Assembly: GCF_000372725.1 (NCBI RefSeq)
Contig: NW_005201338.1
Span: forward strand, 228,041 to 292,040
DNA length: 64,000 bases
DNA from: Emiliania huxleyi CCMP1516
Taxonomy: Eukaryota
Reading direction: 5' to 3'
Position 1 is the stretch's first letter. The number at the start of each line of letters is the position of its first letter. Of the stretch, positions 44,024 through 54,905 are shown in pieces. The position numbers were made by a program, and so were the translations under genes. Below the pieces are notes generated by a model. The model searched no databases. It worked only from the letters and a program-made list of their open reading frames with translations, and was not told where the DNA came from.

Positions 44024-45762
44024 TAGGGTGCCCACAGGACCCAAAATCTCGGTGGTCACGCCGGTCCGGACCGATGGCGGATGGCGCTCGGTGTGGAGCA
44101 AGCAAGACCCCCCCCCCCCCCATCGGCGCGCGCCCGAGGTTCAAACGGCCGCCAGGAGCACCAAGAGGACTCCTCATGGCTGTGACCAAGTGGGCTTCGA
44201 CCGGCCTCGGCTGGGGGGGCGAATTGTCCCGGCTGCGGACGCCATCTGCAGCCCCCTGGGCGTGCGCGTGGGTCAGCACCCCAAAACTGCCCCTCGGCGG
44301 CATACAGCACTGCCAGCCAGCCTCTTCCTCCTCCTAAGGGCTGTACTATAGGCCATATTGCGCCGCCTCCTACTGGCAGCCGGGCGGGCGCGCGCCGCGG
44401 GCGCCTCGGCGCGCGCACGGCTCGCAAAGTTCGAACGAGTACTGCCGCCCGGCCGCCTCAAGGGTGCCGGGCGGCAGACCAGTACTCGCCTCCCAAGGCG
44501 CCCACCGGCTGCTCTGGATGCTGCGCCGGCGGCCGCTGCGCNNNNNNNNNNNNNNNNNNNNNNNNNNNNNNNNNNNNNNNNNNNNNNNNNNNNNNNNNNN
44601 NNNNNNNNNNNNNNNNNNNNNNNNNNNNNNNNNNNNNNNNNAGCCGGGGAGAACAGGCGGTGCAGCGCGCGAAGCGCGCGCGATCTCGTACTTTTAAGGG
44701 TGGATCCGGCCATTCCAAGGGTATACCTTTGAGGATCCCCAGCGTCCCACCCTCCTAGTCACACTCTCAATATCTCAAAAAACTGTTCCTGTTACGAAAA
44801 AGGGAGCTACTGCTCCGGCGACACTAGGGACTCGGGCCTGATCCCGCACAAAACATCTCCACACTCTCTCCTCTCCTATGACACGACTCTCCGACCTTGG
44901 GCTAGATTCCCATTTGATTCACCACAAGCGCCAAACTGCTTCGCCGCGCGCTGCTGACAGCGTCAAGTGCGGCCCTTAGCCGAGTATAGCTCGAAGTGGG
45001 CGTCGAGGGGGCCTATAGTAGAGTGTGAGCCCGCGCGCTGCAAAGCTCGAGTGTGGGCGATGGCGCGAGCTGGGCCATGTACTAATTGCGTGTGACTGTT
45101 TCTGCCGTCTTTGAGGGGGCGTGGGCGTAGGAGTGGCGCTCTGCTACCCTTGCAGTCGAGCGCCTTCTCTCAGCTCCATTGCCTCTAGGGGGTTGTGGCC
45201 GTGGATTTGGCCCCCTAGCCCCCCTCTCCGAGAGCAGGCCTGTCCAGTCTGTGTGGGTGGGGCGGCATTATAGCGCCGTCGAGGTGTGAATCTTTCCTGC
45301 CGATGTTGGGGTGTTGCCGAGGTGGCGTCTCGGGGTGTCGCCGTACGCGGAAGGTAGGCGAGCGATGGTGGGGTTCCGGGGATTTGTCGAGGGTGGTAGT
45401 CGCCTCTGGTCGCGAGGTGTGAATGGAGCTGTGTGTCAGCTCTGACTAGATCTCGCGTGATATCCGCCGTGTTGGCGGTTTCAAATTTAGGCGAGGGGTT
45501 TGGTTGGTGAGGGCGCGGGTGGGGCGCGTCCGAGGGCTCGCGGGCGAGGGCGAGTGCCGAAGGCGGTGTAGCGCGCCTCAGACCGAGGTCTGTTTGCGCC
45601 TGGTCGCCTGCATAGGGTCGATCTCGGCGGTTGAGTTAGTGTTGGCATCCCGAGTGAGGTAAGGGTTCACTCTCAATATCTCACTCGCCAACACGAAGTG
45701 CTGCGATCGGCGGTGGCCCATTTCTTTTTTCTTTTCTTTTTTTGGGTCCTGTGGGCACCCTA
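44024..45762. mobile_element. About 1.7-kb non-autonomous TIR element with 23-bp perfect TIR and TSD TCTAGCG(T); spans the N gap 44542-44641
   Basis: tctagcg|TAGGGTGCCCACAGGACCCAAAA ... TTTTGGGTCCTGTGGGCACCCTA|tctagcg. Confidence 0.9.
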
Positions 45763-45797
45763 TCTAGCGTCTAGGAAGGTCGAAGTGGAGTCTGGAG

Positions 45798-45920
<123 letters not shown>

Positions 45921-47262
45921 AGAGGTGTCTGAAATATGAAAGCACGCAAGAAAACACAGAGTCCCTCTCGGGCCCCGGTAATTGCGCCAGTCCACACGCC
46001 CGTGTCGATCGTTCGTGCACGGTAGGCCTACCTGCCTGTGTGTAGTGCCAGTGCGCGCCAGTCCCGACTCCCGTGCCTAGTGTTGTCGTGGCGTCGGAAA
46101 ATTCTTTCTTCCGCTTGCCTGTGCTAGTTAGTGCTAGCACGCGCCTGTCCACACCTGTGTGTCGAGCATGCGCTGCTGTGAAGAGAGAATTTTACAACGA
46201 AACTCCCTCGAAGAGAGAAAGAAAGAAAGACAACAGACAACCAAGTACAACCCAAGGAAAGGAAGGGAAACAAGGAAAACAGACCCCAAAATTGTGGGAC
46301 AGAAAGAAAGAAAGAAAGAAACAAAGAAAACAGACAACCCAAGGGAGGGATGGGAGGACGGCACGCCGCCACCACACAGGGATTTTAAGGAGAGGAGTGT
46401 GGTGCTAGCCGCCGCCCACCCTAACCCTTGGGCGTCTGGCCCGTCTGCCTCTTTCTATCTCCCTTCGCAGTCCCTCGCCGATTCTCGCTGCAACCTTCAT
46501 GCCACCTCGCGGTCGCCCCACTCTCGTCGTTCTCCCTCCTTCCTGCCTGTCGCTTCATCCTTAGTCGGTCGCGTCGCTCTCCTCTACCTCGATCCTCGTC
46601 CTGCTGCGCCGCCGCTGCCCGCCGATCCCTTGCTCTCGCGGCTTCTTCTCGGCGCAACTCCGCCCTCCTCGCGGCGTATTTTGGCCCCTCGAGTTTAGAG
46701 AGAGATTTTTAGCAATACCAAACAACTCTAACACTCACACGTAATTTGGGGCCTGGAGCCCTGTTCACGCGCGCGCGAGACGTGCAGACAGGGTTGCCAG
46801 GTGAGAGCGAATGGCGCGGTTCACGCCTCGCACAACAGAGAGAGAGAGATGCGCTCTGCATGGTGGGACATAAAAGAGAGCGAGTACTTGGGCGAGTAGG
46901 CCGTGCGGTCAACGCTGCCGCGCGCGACTTTGCGCGCGAGGCGGCGCAGCTTGAGAACGGCGGTGGGCGAGAAGCCGCCGCCGAACGTCTCGTGTTTTGT
47001 TCGAGTTTATCAAGCTCTCCTCGCACTTGGAGCACTTGCCTCAAGGACGACTCTTCTTTCTGACACCCACCCCAATAAAATTGCCGCCAAGTCATGTCGT
47101 TGCTCAGGTCCACTCTCGTTTCAGACACTTGTACCTCCACAGATGGTGTTGGCGCTGGGGTCCCCTTCGGGTGCATCGTACAACCGAGCGCGGTTAAATT
47201 CTTCCCGCGCGCCTGGTTCCATTGCAAGCGGGCGGTTCATCGCTGAGCCTCAACCTGAAACG

Positions 47263-50208
47263 ATGTGGGCGCACGACAACAACCAGGAGCCCGCGTCACG
47301 CTGGCTGTGGCAGTCCGGCAGGGACGCCTGGACAGCATTCGCACCCAACCAGGCTTCTGCGCTCGAGCAGGCCTGGGCCACGGGAGGCGGAGTGGTGAGG
47401 ATCGATGCCGAGCGGCAAGTTCGAGTCGACACCAGCGGAGTGCCGATGCGGCAAGAAAGGGTCGACAACCCGGGCCGGAGCCGTGCAGTGAAGCGCGAAA
47501 ACGGCGGCGCTCAAGAGGGCAAGCGGCCACGCCTGACGCCGGCAGCGCCGAGCGCCACCGCCGACGCCGACGGCGGCGGCGGCGGCGGCGGCGGCGTCTC
47601 GCCGGCTGCCTCTGGCCCGCCCCTCGCCTGGCGCCTGAATCGGCTCGGCGAGCAGTGGTCCCGCGTCCTGCCGAGCAGTGTGAACACCGACTCAGTGAGC
47701 CTGGACGAGCTGCTCTCCGCTGGCGAGCTGGAGGGCGCGACGCAGCTGCACCTCCACAACTTTCTTTTCGACCTCGACTTCGTCTTCGAGACGTGCCCGG
47801 CCCTCGGCTCCTTTGTCGCTTCGGGCGGCCTCGTCAAGGTTTTCCACGGCGACGGCCGACCGCCTCGCAGCGTTGCGGCCACCACGATGCCCGCTGCAGT
47901 GGAGTGCTTTGAGCCGCCCACAGAGCAGTTTGGGACGATGCACTCAAAGTGCATCGTCGTGGTCCGCCCCTCGCGGCTCTCCGTGCACGTGATCACGGCC
48001 AACTTCATCTTTTCGGTCGCACGGGTAGCCCCTAGCCACCTCCCCCCTCGCCATCTCCCACGCCGCCGCCACCGCCGCCGCCGCCGCCACCGCCGCCATC
48101 ACCACCGCCCTCGGGTTGTTCTGACGAGGTGTCTTGGTATTGAGCCCTTCTGGCGACTACCCTGCAGGACTGGCACAACAAGACGAACGGGGTCTGGTCA
48201 GGCAGCTTCCCGCGGCTCGACGCCCCGCCGCCACGTCCGGCGGCAGGGACGTTCGGCCTCGACCTTCTCGAGTACTACGAGGCAGTGCGCGCGATCGGCG
48301 CCGACAAGCCGGGCAGCTGGTCGAGCTCGGACCAAGACGGCGCTCCGCCGCGCTGGCGGGCGCTCGACGTGAGGTGGTTGTCTCCTCTCCCTCTCCCTCT
48401 CCCTCTCCCTCTCCCTCTCTCTCTCCCTCTCCCTCTCCCTCTCCCTCTCCGACCCTCTCCTCGCCCTTCTCGCCCTCTCGCTTCAACTGGCTCGCTCCTC
48501 TTCAGCTGCCTCCTCTCCCGGCCCCCTCCCCCTTCCCACCTACCCCCCCCCCCCCCTTCCCCCCCCTCCCCCTCCCCTGCAGCTGGCTTTCGCTCTACGA
48601 CTACAGCGGCGCGCGCGCGCGGCTGGTGGCGTCGGTGCCCGGCACGTCCGGAGCAACCGCCGGCAGGCACACTGGCGAGCACATCCAAAAGTGGGGCCAC
48701 ATGCGCGCGAGACGGCCGCCGCTCCGCCCGCCTGCCTTGGGCGCCCCGACCGGACACCCCTCGGGACCTTCCAAAACAGGCGCGTGAGGGGGCTGCTCGC
48801 CGCCGAGGGCCTCGCCGTCCCCCTCGACGACTCCGTCCTCGCGCTCCAGTTCTCGTCGCTCTCGTCGGTCGGAAAGAACGACACGTGCGCGCCACACAGC
48901 GTAGTTCAGCACTTGTCGCGGCGGCCACCGCCTTCGCAGCCGCCTCCGGCGTGTCCGTGTCGACGGGCCGGCCGACCGCTGCGAGCCCCCTGCGGCGGGC
49001 CCAACCCGGCAAAATGGGAGAGAGGGGAGATCTGGGGAGATTTCTGGGGAGAGATGGTTCAGCACACTGGCATGCACGACGAGCCTGCCGGAGGCCGGGC
49101 TTGTCTGTGCTAGTGCTCGAGTGCATAGCGCGCTCGTGTGCGGCCGGAGCCAGCATGCGTGGATGCTGTACCCGACCCCTTTCGCTTGAAGCGAAAGGTT
49201 CCGCCCAGGAGTCCCCTCCACTGGCACGAGCACGTCGCCATTTGCTGCATACCTCACGGGATTTTCACGCGCGCGCGAGAACGGGCTATCCGGGGCGTGG
49301 TCCAGTTGCCTCTCCCGTTGACTTTCACTCCATTCCAAGACACCGCCGCGCTGTCAGGTGGCTGCGCGAGCTCGTCGCGTCGCTCTGCGGCGGCTCCGCC
49401 GTGATGCCGCGCCTGCGCGTCGTCTACCCGACTCGGGCGCAGGTCGGCGCCTCGCTCGAGGGGTGGGTCGCGGGCGCGTCCATCCCCTGCCAAACGGCCA
49501 ACGCCGCGAAGCTGCGGAGCGTGCTGCAACAGCTGTCGGGCGCCTCTGCGTTCGCGCGGCTCTGCGGCTGGGACGGCGGCCCGAGCGGGCGCGCCGCCGC
49601 CGTGCCCCACATCAAGAGCTACGCGCTGTACACCGACGAGGGGCGGCTCGGCTGGGCGATGCTGACCTCGAGCAACCTCTCGCAGGCGCGGCTCGAGCCG
49701 TGCCAGCAACCCACTCCGCACGCCCCGCCCCCTCCCGACCCCGCCGGCCTCGCCCGCGCCCAGGCCGCCTGGGGCAAGCTCGAGAAGGGCGGCACGCAGC
49801 TCTACATCAAGTCCTACGAGCTCGGCGTGCTCGTTCTGCCCTCCCTGCAGCCGGCAGGGCGGCAGTCCCTCGTCGCCACTTCGGCCGCGCCGCTGGTGGG
49901 CGAGGAGAGCGCGACCCTCGTGCCGCTGCCGTACACGCTCCCGCCGACGCCGTGCGGCCCGCCACGCCCCGCGCGCAGGCGTCGGGCCCTCGGGGCCCCT
50001 GAGCACACGCTCTGTCAACAGGTACGCCTCGAGCGACGACGCGTGGTCCACGGACGGCCACACCGCCCTCACCGGGTACCAACCCTCGCGTGACGCCCAC
50101 GACCGCCACGGCTTCCACCCGGGCTTGAACCCGCCGCCTGTCCACATGTACGGCCTCAAAGCCACCGGCCGCGTGCTCGCGGAGCGCGAGGCGGCGCGCC
50201 GCTCGTGA
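47263..50208 (+). CDS. TDP1: Tyrosyl-DNA phosphodiesterase 1 with an N-terminal WWE-like domain (about 7 exons)
   Basis: FGTMHSK...V.VITANF, DWHNKTNGVW, LVASVPG, KWGHMR, QFSSL, VVYPT, SLEGW.AGASIP, AVPHIKSY, LTSSNLSQAAWG, SYELGVL, PLPY.LPP. Confidence 0.92.
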
Positions 50209-50851
50209 ATCCGCACGTGCATGTGCGGTGCGTACGGCTGTGTACTCCTGAAGGAGCAAGGTGAAAGCGGTCCGAGCGAGGCAGTACGTACGCGGCGAGA
50301 GAGGAGGGGGTCCGAATACAGCATCTCGTCTTTTGTACGTGCGTGGCATTGGCTTTGTTGAGTTTGGGAAAGTTTTTGGGACTGTTGAGTGTTGTGTTCC
50401 CCCTCTTCTGTGTTCTGAGTGCGATCGAGTTCTTTTTAATTTTACGTCGCGTGTCGGGACCTGAATTCTTTTTTGTTAGTCGGCCACTACCCACAGAGAG
50501 CAGCATCCAATGCGCAATGGACGCGCCACGGCCCCAGTCCGCCCGTTCTTTCCATCCTGCCGGCTAAAAGCGCTCCGTGCTTGGGCGTACCTCACATGAC
50601 GGGGTAGGTAGGGTAGCGGTAGCGGTCTCCTCTGGGGGTCTGGGCGGGTCGGGGTTATCCCTCTCAGCTCTCTTCAAGCTGAATTTTCACAGCCCGGTGG
50701 TGGATGACACTAACTAGCTGGATGGACGAGCTACTTAGTAGAGCATGTGGTGCTAAACTACACCCACACGACATTCAGGGATTCCTGTCCGCTGCGCGCG
50801 CGTTCGGGGTGCGGGAGACGAAAATTCACCAATTTCTTGTGGCAAAGCGAC

Positions 50852-51413
50852 ATGAAGGCAAGCGGCACGATCCCGGCCTTCCCCGCCCATCGCGCCGACC
50901 GCCCCCTTGCCGCACCCCGCAGCTGCTCACGCACAACATGCTGATGGCGCCCGGCACCAAGAACGGGTTCCCGCTCGCCATCGAGGTGGAGAAGATGGAG
51001 ACGGTCGAGTCGGAGTTCCGCTCCGAGTTCACCGCACGGATGGTGCAAAAGGTGTGCCCCACGTGGCACGGCGCGCGCGCTCCGCATTCCCCATCGCTAC
51101 AGGCACCGAGCCCGTCACGCAGGTGGAGTACGGCGCGCTGCTGCAGACGCTGGCGGGGCTGGGGATGGACGGCACGCTGCCGCCAGCGGTGCCCGACTCG
51201 TACGAGAGCAACGAGGAGTTTCTGCGCGCGCTGCACCACGTGCTCATGGAGGCGCGTCGCGTGGCCATCCCGTCGCCGCCCCACCCGTCCCATCGCCCGT
51301 CTCATGGCGGACGCCCTCCTCACGTGCAGGTGGAGGTGATCGACGGTACGCTCGTCTGCCCAGAGACAGGGAAGCGCTTCCCGATTAAGGACGGCATACC
51401 GTCCATGTTGTAG
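50852..51413 (+). CDS. TRM112: Methyltransferase activator subunit Trm112 (4 exons, two GC-AG introns)
   Basis: MK|LLTHNML, GFPLAIE, EEFLRALHHVLME|VEVIDGTLVCPETGKRFPIKDGIPSML. Confidence 0.93.
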
Positions 51414-51443
51414 CCGCCCCGCATGTCTGTCACGTGTCGCTGA

Positions 51444-51446
<3 letters not shown>

Positions 51447-51538
<92 letters not shown>
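51447..51538. repeat. Compound (CT)n(GT)n microsatellite
   Basis: Direct reading. Confidence 0.98.
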
Positions 51539-51539
<1 letters not shown>

Positions 51540-51686
51540 CGAGTGTGTGTGACGGTAGTCGGTACGCAACGAACGATGGCGGAAAGTTCTTTTTTTCCGC
51601 ACCCACCCGCCCACCCACCCACCCGGCCACAAAATTCTTTTTTGCGTGTGGGCTAACCAACGCGCTGGCCTGGCTGCGCGGCATTC

Positions 51687-52524
51687 ATGTTCAACGCTCG
51701 AAAGCGCAAGGCCGAGCCAAAGGAGAAGCCGGCGTGGCAGAGAGCGCTCGACGACGACGACGACGTCCCTCCCCCGCCAAGGGCGGCGGAGCCTCCGGCC
51801 GTTGAGGTCCCCGCTGCTGTGCCGTCGTCCTCTGAGCTGCTCGACGAGGACGAAGATGACGACGACGACGACAAGGATCTCTCGGCGTATGCGTTTGGCG
51901 AGGAGGAGGAGGAGGAGGAGGACAAAGCGGCGCGCGCCTTGGCGCGAAATAGCGTGCAGCCTTCCTGCCGCGTCCGCGTGACTAACCTCTCGCACGATAC
52001 GAGGGACGACCAGCTGCTCGAGCTCTTCACAGGGACGCGGCCGCCGCGGACGGTCGAGATGCTTCCTCCCTCCGCGGCCAGCATCACCTTCGAGACGCGT
52101 GAGGAGGCGGTCGCGGCGGTCAGCCTCACCGGCATCGAGCTGGCGGGATCCAAGTTGACGGCGCGCCCTCCTCCGCGCACCGCGCAGAGAGGCGCGCGCA
52201 GCCTCCTCCCCCACCGCCTTCTCACGCCTGTGGCGGCGCGAGCAGGTGCTGATGGAGCACGAACCTGCGCCGCAAGCCTTGGCCGCCGGAGAAGGCTACG
52301 GCGGGCCGCGCGCGGCAGGCTACCAAGAGCAGCTCGCGACGTACGGGTACAAGCTCGGCGGGCGAGGCTCGCGGACCGGCACGCCAAAGGTCTTCTTCTG
52401 CGACGACGACGCGCGCTCGAGAGAGAAGCAGCAAAGGCGCGAGGGCAAGCGCAACGCGGTGGGGGGCAAGGGCCGCGGCAGGCCGCAGATCGGCCAGGCT
52501 GGCGCCTCGGTCGGACCATTCTAA
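51687..52524 (+). CDS. RRM-domain protein with an acidic N-region (likely 2 exons; second exon 52246-52524)
   Basis: RVRVTNLSHDTRDDQLLELF, ASITFETREEAVAAV.LTG.ELAG.KL. Confidence 0.72.
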
Positions 52525-52671
52525 CCGAACGGTGGGGTGCGTCTTGCGACGTTTCCGCCCCACCGTACATATTGACACGTAGACGAGCTAGATCGATCTA
52601 GGCGAGAGAGGCACACGACTCGGAGGGAGGGCCCGCGCGGAGGGCCAGGAGCGCAGCCCGAGGCCCCAAAG

Positions 52672-53155
52672 TAGGGTTGTCAAACGATAAGAGCTGAACA
52701 GTCTCCACAGTGTTGCTAAGTGTTAACACACATAACAGTAACAACAGAACAACAGTGGGGCTCCCCAACAACAGTAGCTAACGTTAGGCCGGCTGAACAA
52801 CAATAAGGAAGGCCTGGCAGTGACCCACGTCCCACGACGATCTGGATCTCCAGCGCGTGCAGCGAGCAGCGTCTCCAGTGCGGGTAATACCCGAAAATAC
52901 CCCGTACTAGGCCGTACCCCCGGGAAAACCCAGGTATTTTTTCGGGTTTTACCCGGGTTTTTATATCCTTTTTTGGCATTTTCTGCTTGCTGACCACTGA
53001 ACAACAGTAACAACAGTAACAAACAGTAACAAACAGTAACAGCTTGGGCTGGGGAGAACACTTGAACAACGTTGTCGTTGAGGATTTCAGCCAACACGAT
53101 AGTGCAACTGTTAGGCCCAAAGTTACGTTAACGCGTTTGACAACCCTAGTCCCTA
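52672..53155. mobile_element. hAT-like MITE with 15-bp TIR TAGGGTTGTCAAACG and 8-bp TSD CCCCAAAG
   Basis: ccccaaag|TAGGGTTGTCAAACG ... CGTTTGACAACCCTA GTCCCTA|ccccaaag. Internal AACAGT/TAACA arrays. Confidence 0.88.
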
Positions 53156-53227
53156 CCCCAAAGAGTTGTGTGTGAAGTCGTCGCTAAAGTCCAATACTGT
53201 ATCTCATTTCTTAGAATCTTACGTCGA

Positions 53228-54619
53228 GGTCGTGGCCAGCGAAAACTATGATATGATGCAAGCGGGGAAATCCTGATGAGCTGGATCGCGGAGATGTATC
53301 TCTTTTGAGAGACATGCTAAGGGATGCGCTTGCCTTTGTATATTGTAAGTAGGGGGACGTGACGAGAAGCGTTCTGGTGATCTCAGGCCCAGTGAGGTAC
53401 GGCTTTAGTGCACTGGTCTACTCGGATCCCGCTGAATAAGTTCCTCTTGTAGCTCGATCGGTCACACCGCCATCGCCGTCGGGGAGAGAGAGGGGGGATG
53501 ACACTGCCTCTGCAGCGTGCACCTCGATCCTGTACCGTGTTTGCTATGCCCCCCCCCCCAATGAACACACCAGGGAGGGAGGGCGAGACGATCGAGGGGT
53601 CCCGTACCATGCGGAATCGACCCTATCCAGTGCTCAAGTGCTCAAGTAGGGGGTGCGGTGCGTACCAAAATCCACCACTGTGGGATTTCGCGCAATCGCT
53701 TGACTCTGAAAAGCTCGCCGATCCCTGCGGTGAGCGCTGTGATCGCCGCAGACTGGCTCCGACTTGACGGGCGCATGGAGACGTGATGCCTCCATGCGCT
53801 GCCGTCAAGTCGAAATCGACATGCAGCTCGATGCTTTGCCCGAAAAGAGGTACATCGCGGCGTTCTGGGCGACAACCTTAGGGGACCCCTAGGCTTAAAA
53901 GGGTGGGCCCTGGGGCGCCTGCGGCTTAAACGGCTTAAAACTTGCCATGGCAAGTTTTAAGAGCTGCTGGGCCGCCGATTCCTTAAACGGTCTTAAACGC
54001 TTAAACGGTGCGGGAGAGCTCCCGAGGTCGATGGTCCGGGAGGCTCCCGGTAGACACGCCGGAGGCCGGGAAGCCGGCTACAGTCAGCTAGCACGCGTCC
54101 CCTATGCGAGTATGGCTCCTGCCAGTGCACCAGACTTACAGATGTGTCTTCAGAGGCGGGTTTGTGCCTAACAACGGCAGTATTGGAGAAAACGGCGCGG
54201 AACCCAGCGACGCGTGCCGGTGAGGCCGATTTTCTTAAACGGTCTTAAAAGAGGGACCCCCCGTGCCTGCAATCTCTTAAATGGCAAGTTAAGCCCCCAA
54301 ACCTCCTCGTTTCTTAAAAGGTCTTAAAAAATCCGGCCCTCAGAACCCTAGGGGTCCCCTAAGGCGACAACAGCGCTGCGACCGCGAAGTGGCGGTGGAC
54401 ATGCTCCCATGTTGCCGACGCGGCGCCGGAGTGGCCGGCGCTGCTCGCCGCGACCACGACGGCTACTCTGATACTCCGGGCCGACCCGTCCTACCCGACG
54501 GTCGTGGCCAGCGAAAACTATGATATGATGCATATCAAAGCGGGGAAATCCTGATGTGTGATGAGCTGGAATGCGGATGTATCTCTTGAGAGACACATGC
54601 TAAGATGCGCTTGCCTTTG
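53228..54619 (+). repeat. Diverged ~115-bp direct repeats (53228-53338 and 54500-54619)
   Basis: ggtcgtggccagcgaaaactatgatatgatgca...agcggggaaatcctgatg...gatgcgcttgcctttg occurs twice. Confidence 0.85.
53877..54363. mobile_element. MITE (487 bp) with 17-bp perfect TIR CTTAGGGGACCCCTAGG and 8-bp TSD GCGACAAC
   Basis: gcgacaac|CTTAGGGGACCCCTAGG ... CCTAGGGGTCCCCTAAG|gcgacaac. Internal CTTAAA motifs. Confidence 0.93.
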
Positions 54620-54905
54620 AGACATACATATAGCGCACAGTAGGTGAAAAAACTGAAATCTGAAAAATACAAGAGTATGCGGGAGACCCCTCTTGTACTT
54701 CCTGTTCGATCTCCTCGCGTCAACTAATTCGCACACACGAGGGTGCTGGGTGCCTGGGTCACAGATTCAGATATGCGCAGGTGCGCGGAGAGACAGCTAA
54801 AACCGTACGCACACCACCCAGGCTCTGCTGGATGACTGCATCTTCGCCTGTCTGCCACAAACAAGCAAAACTTGCTCGCCCTCCGTAGTGCTGTGCCTGT
54901 GGTGT

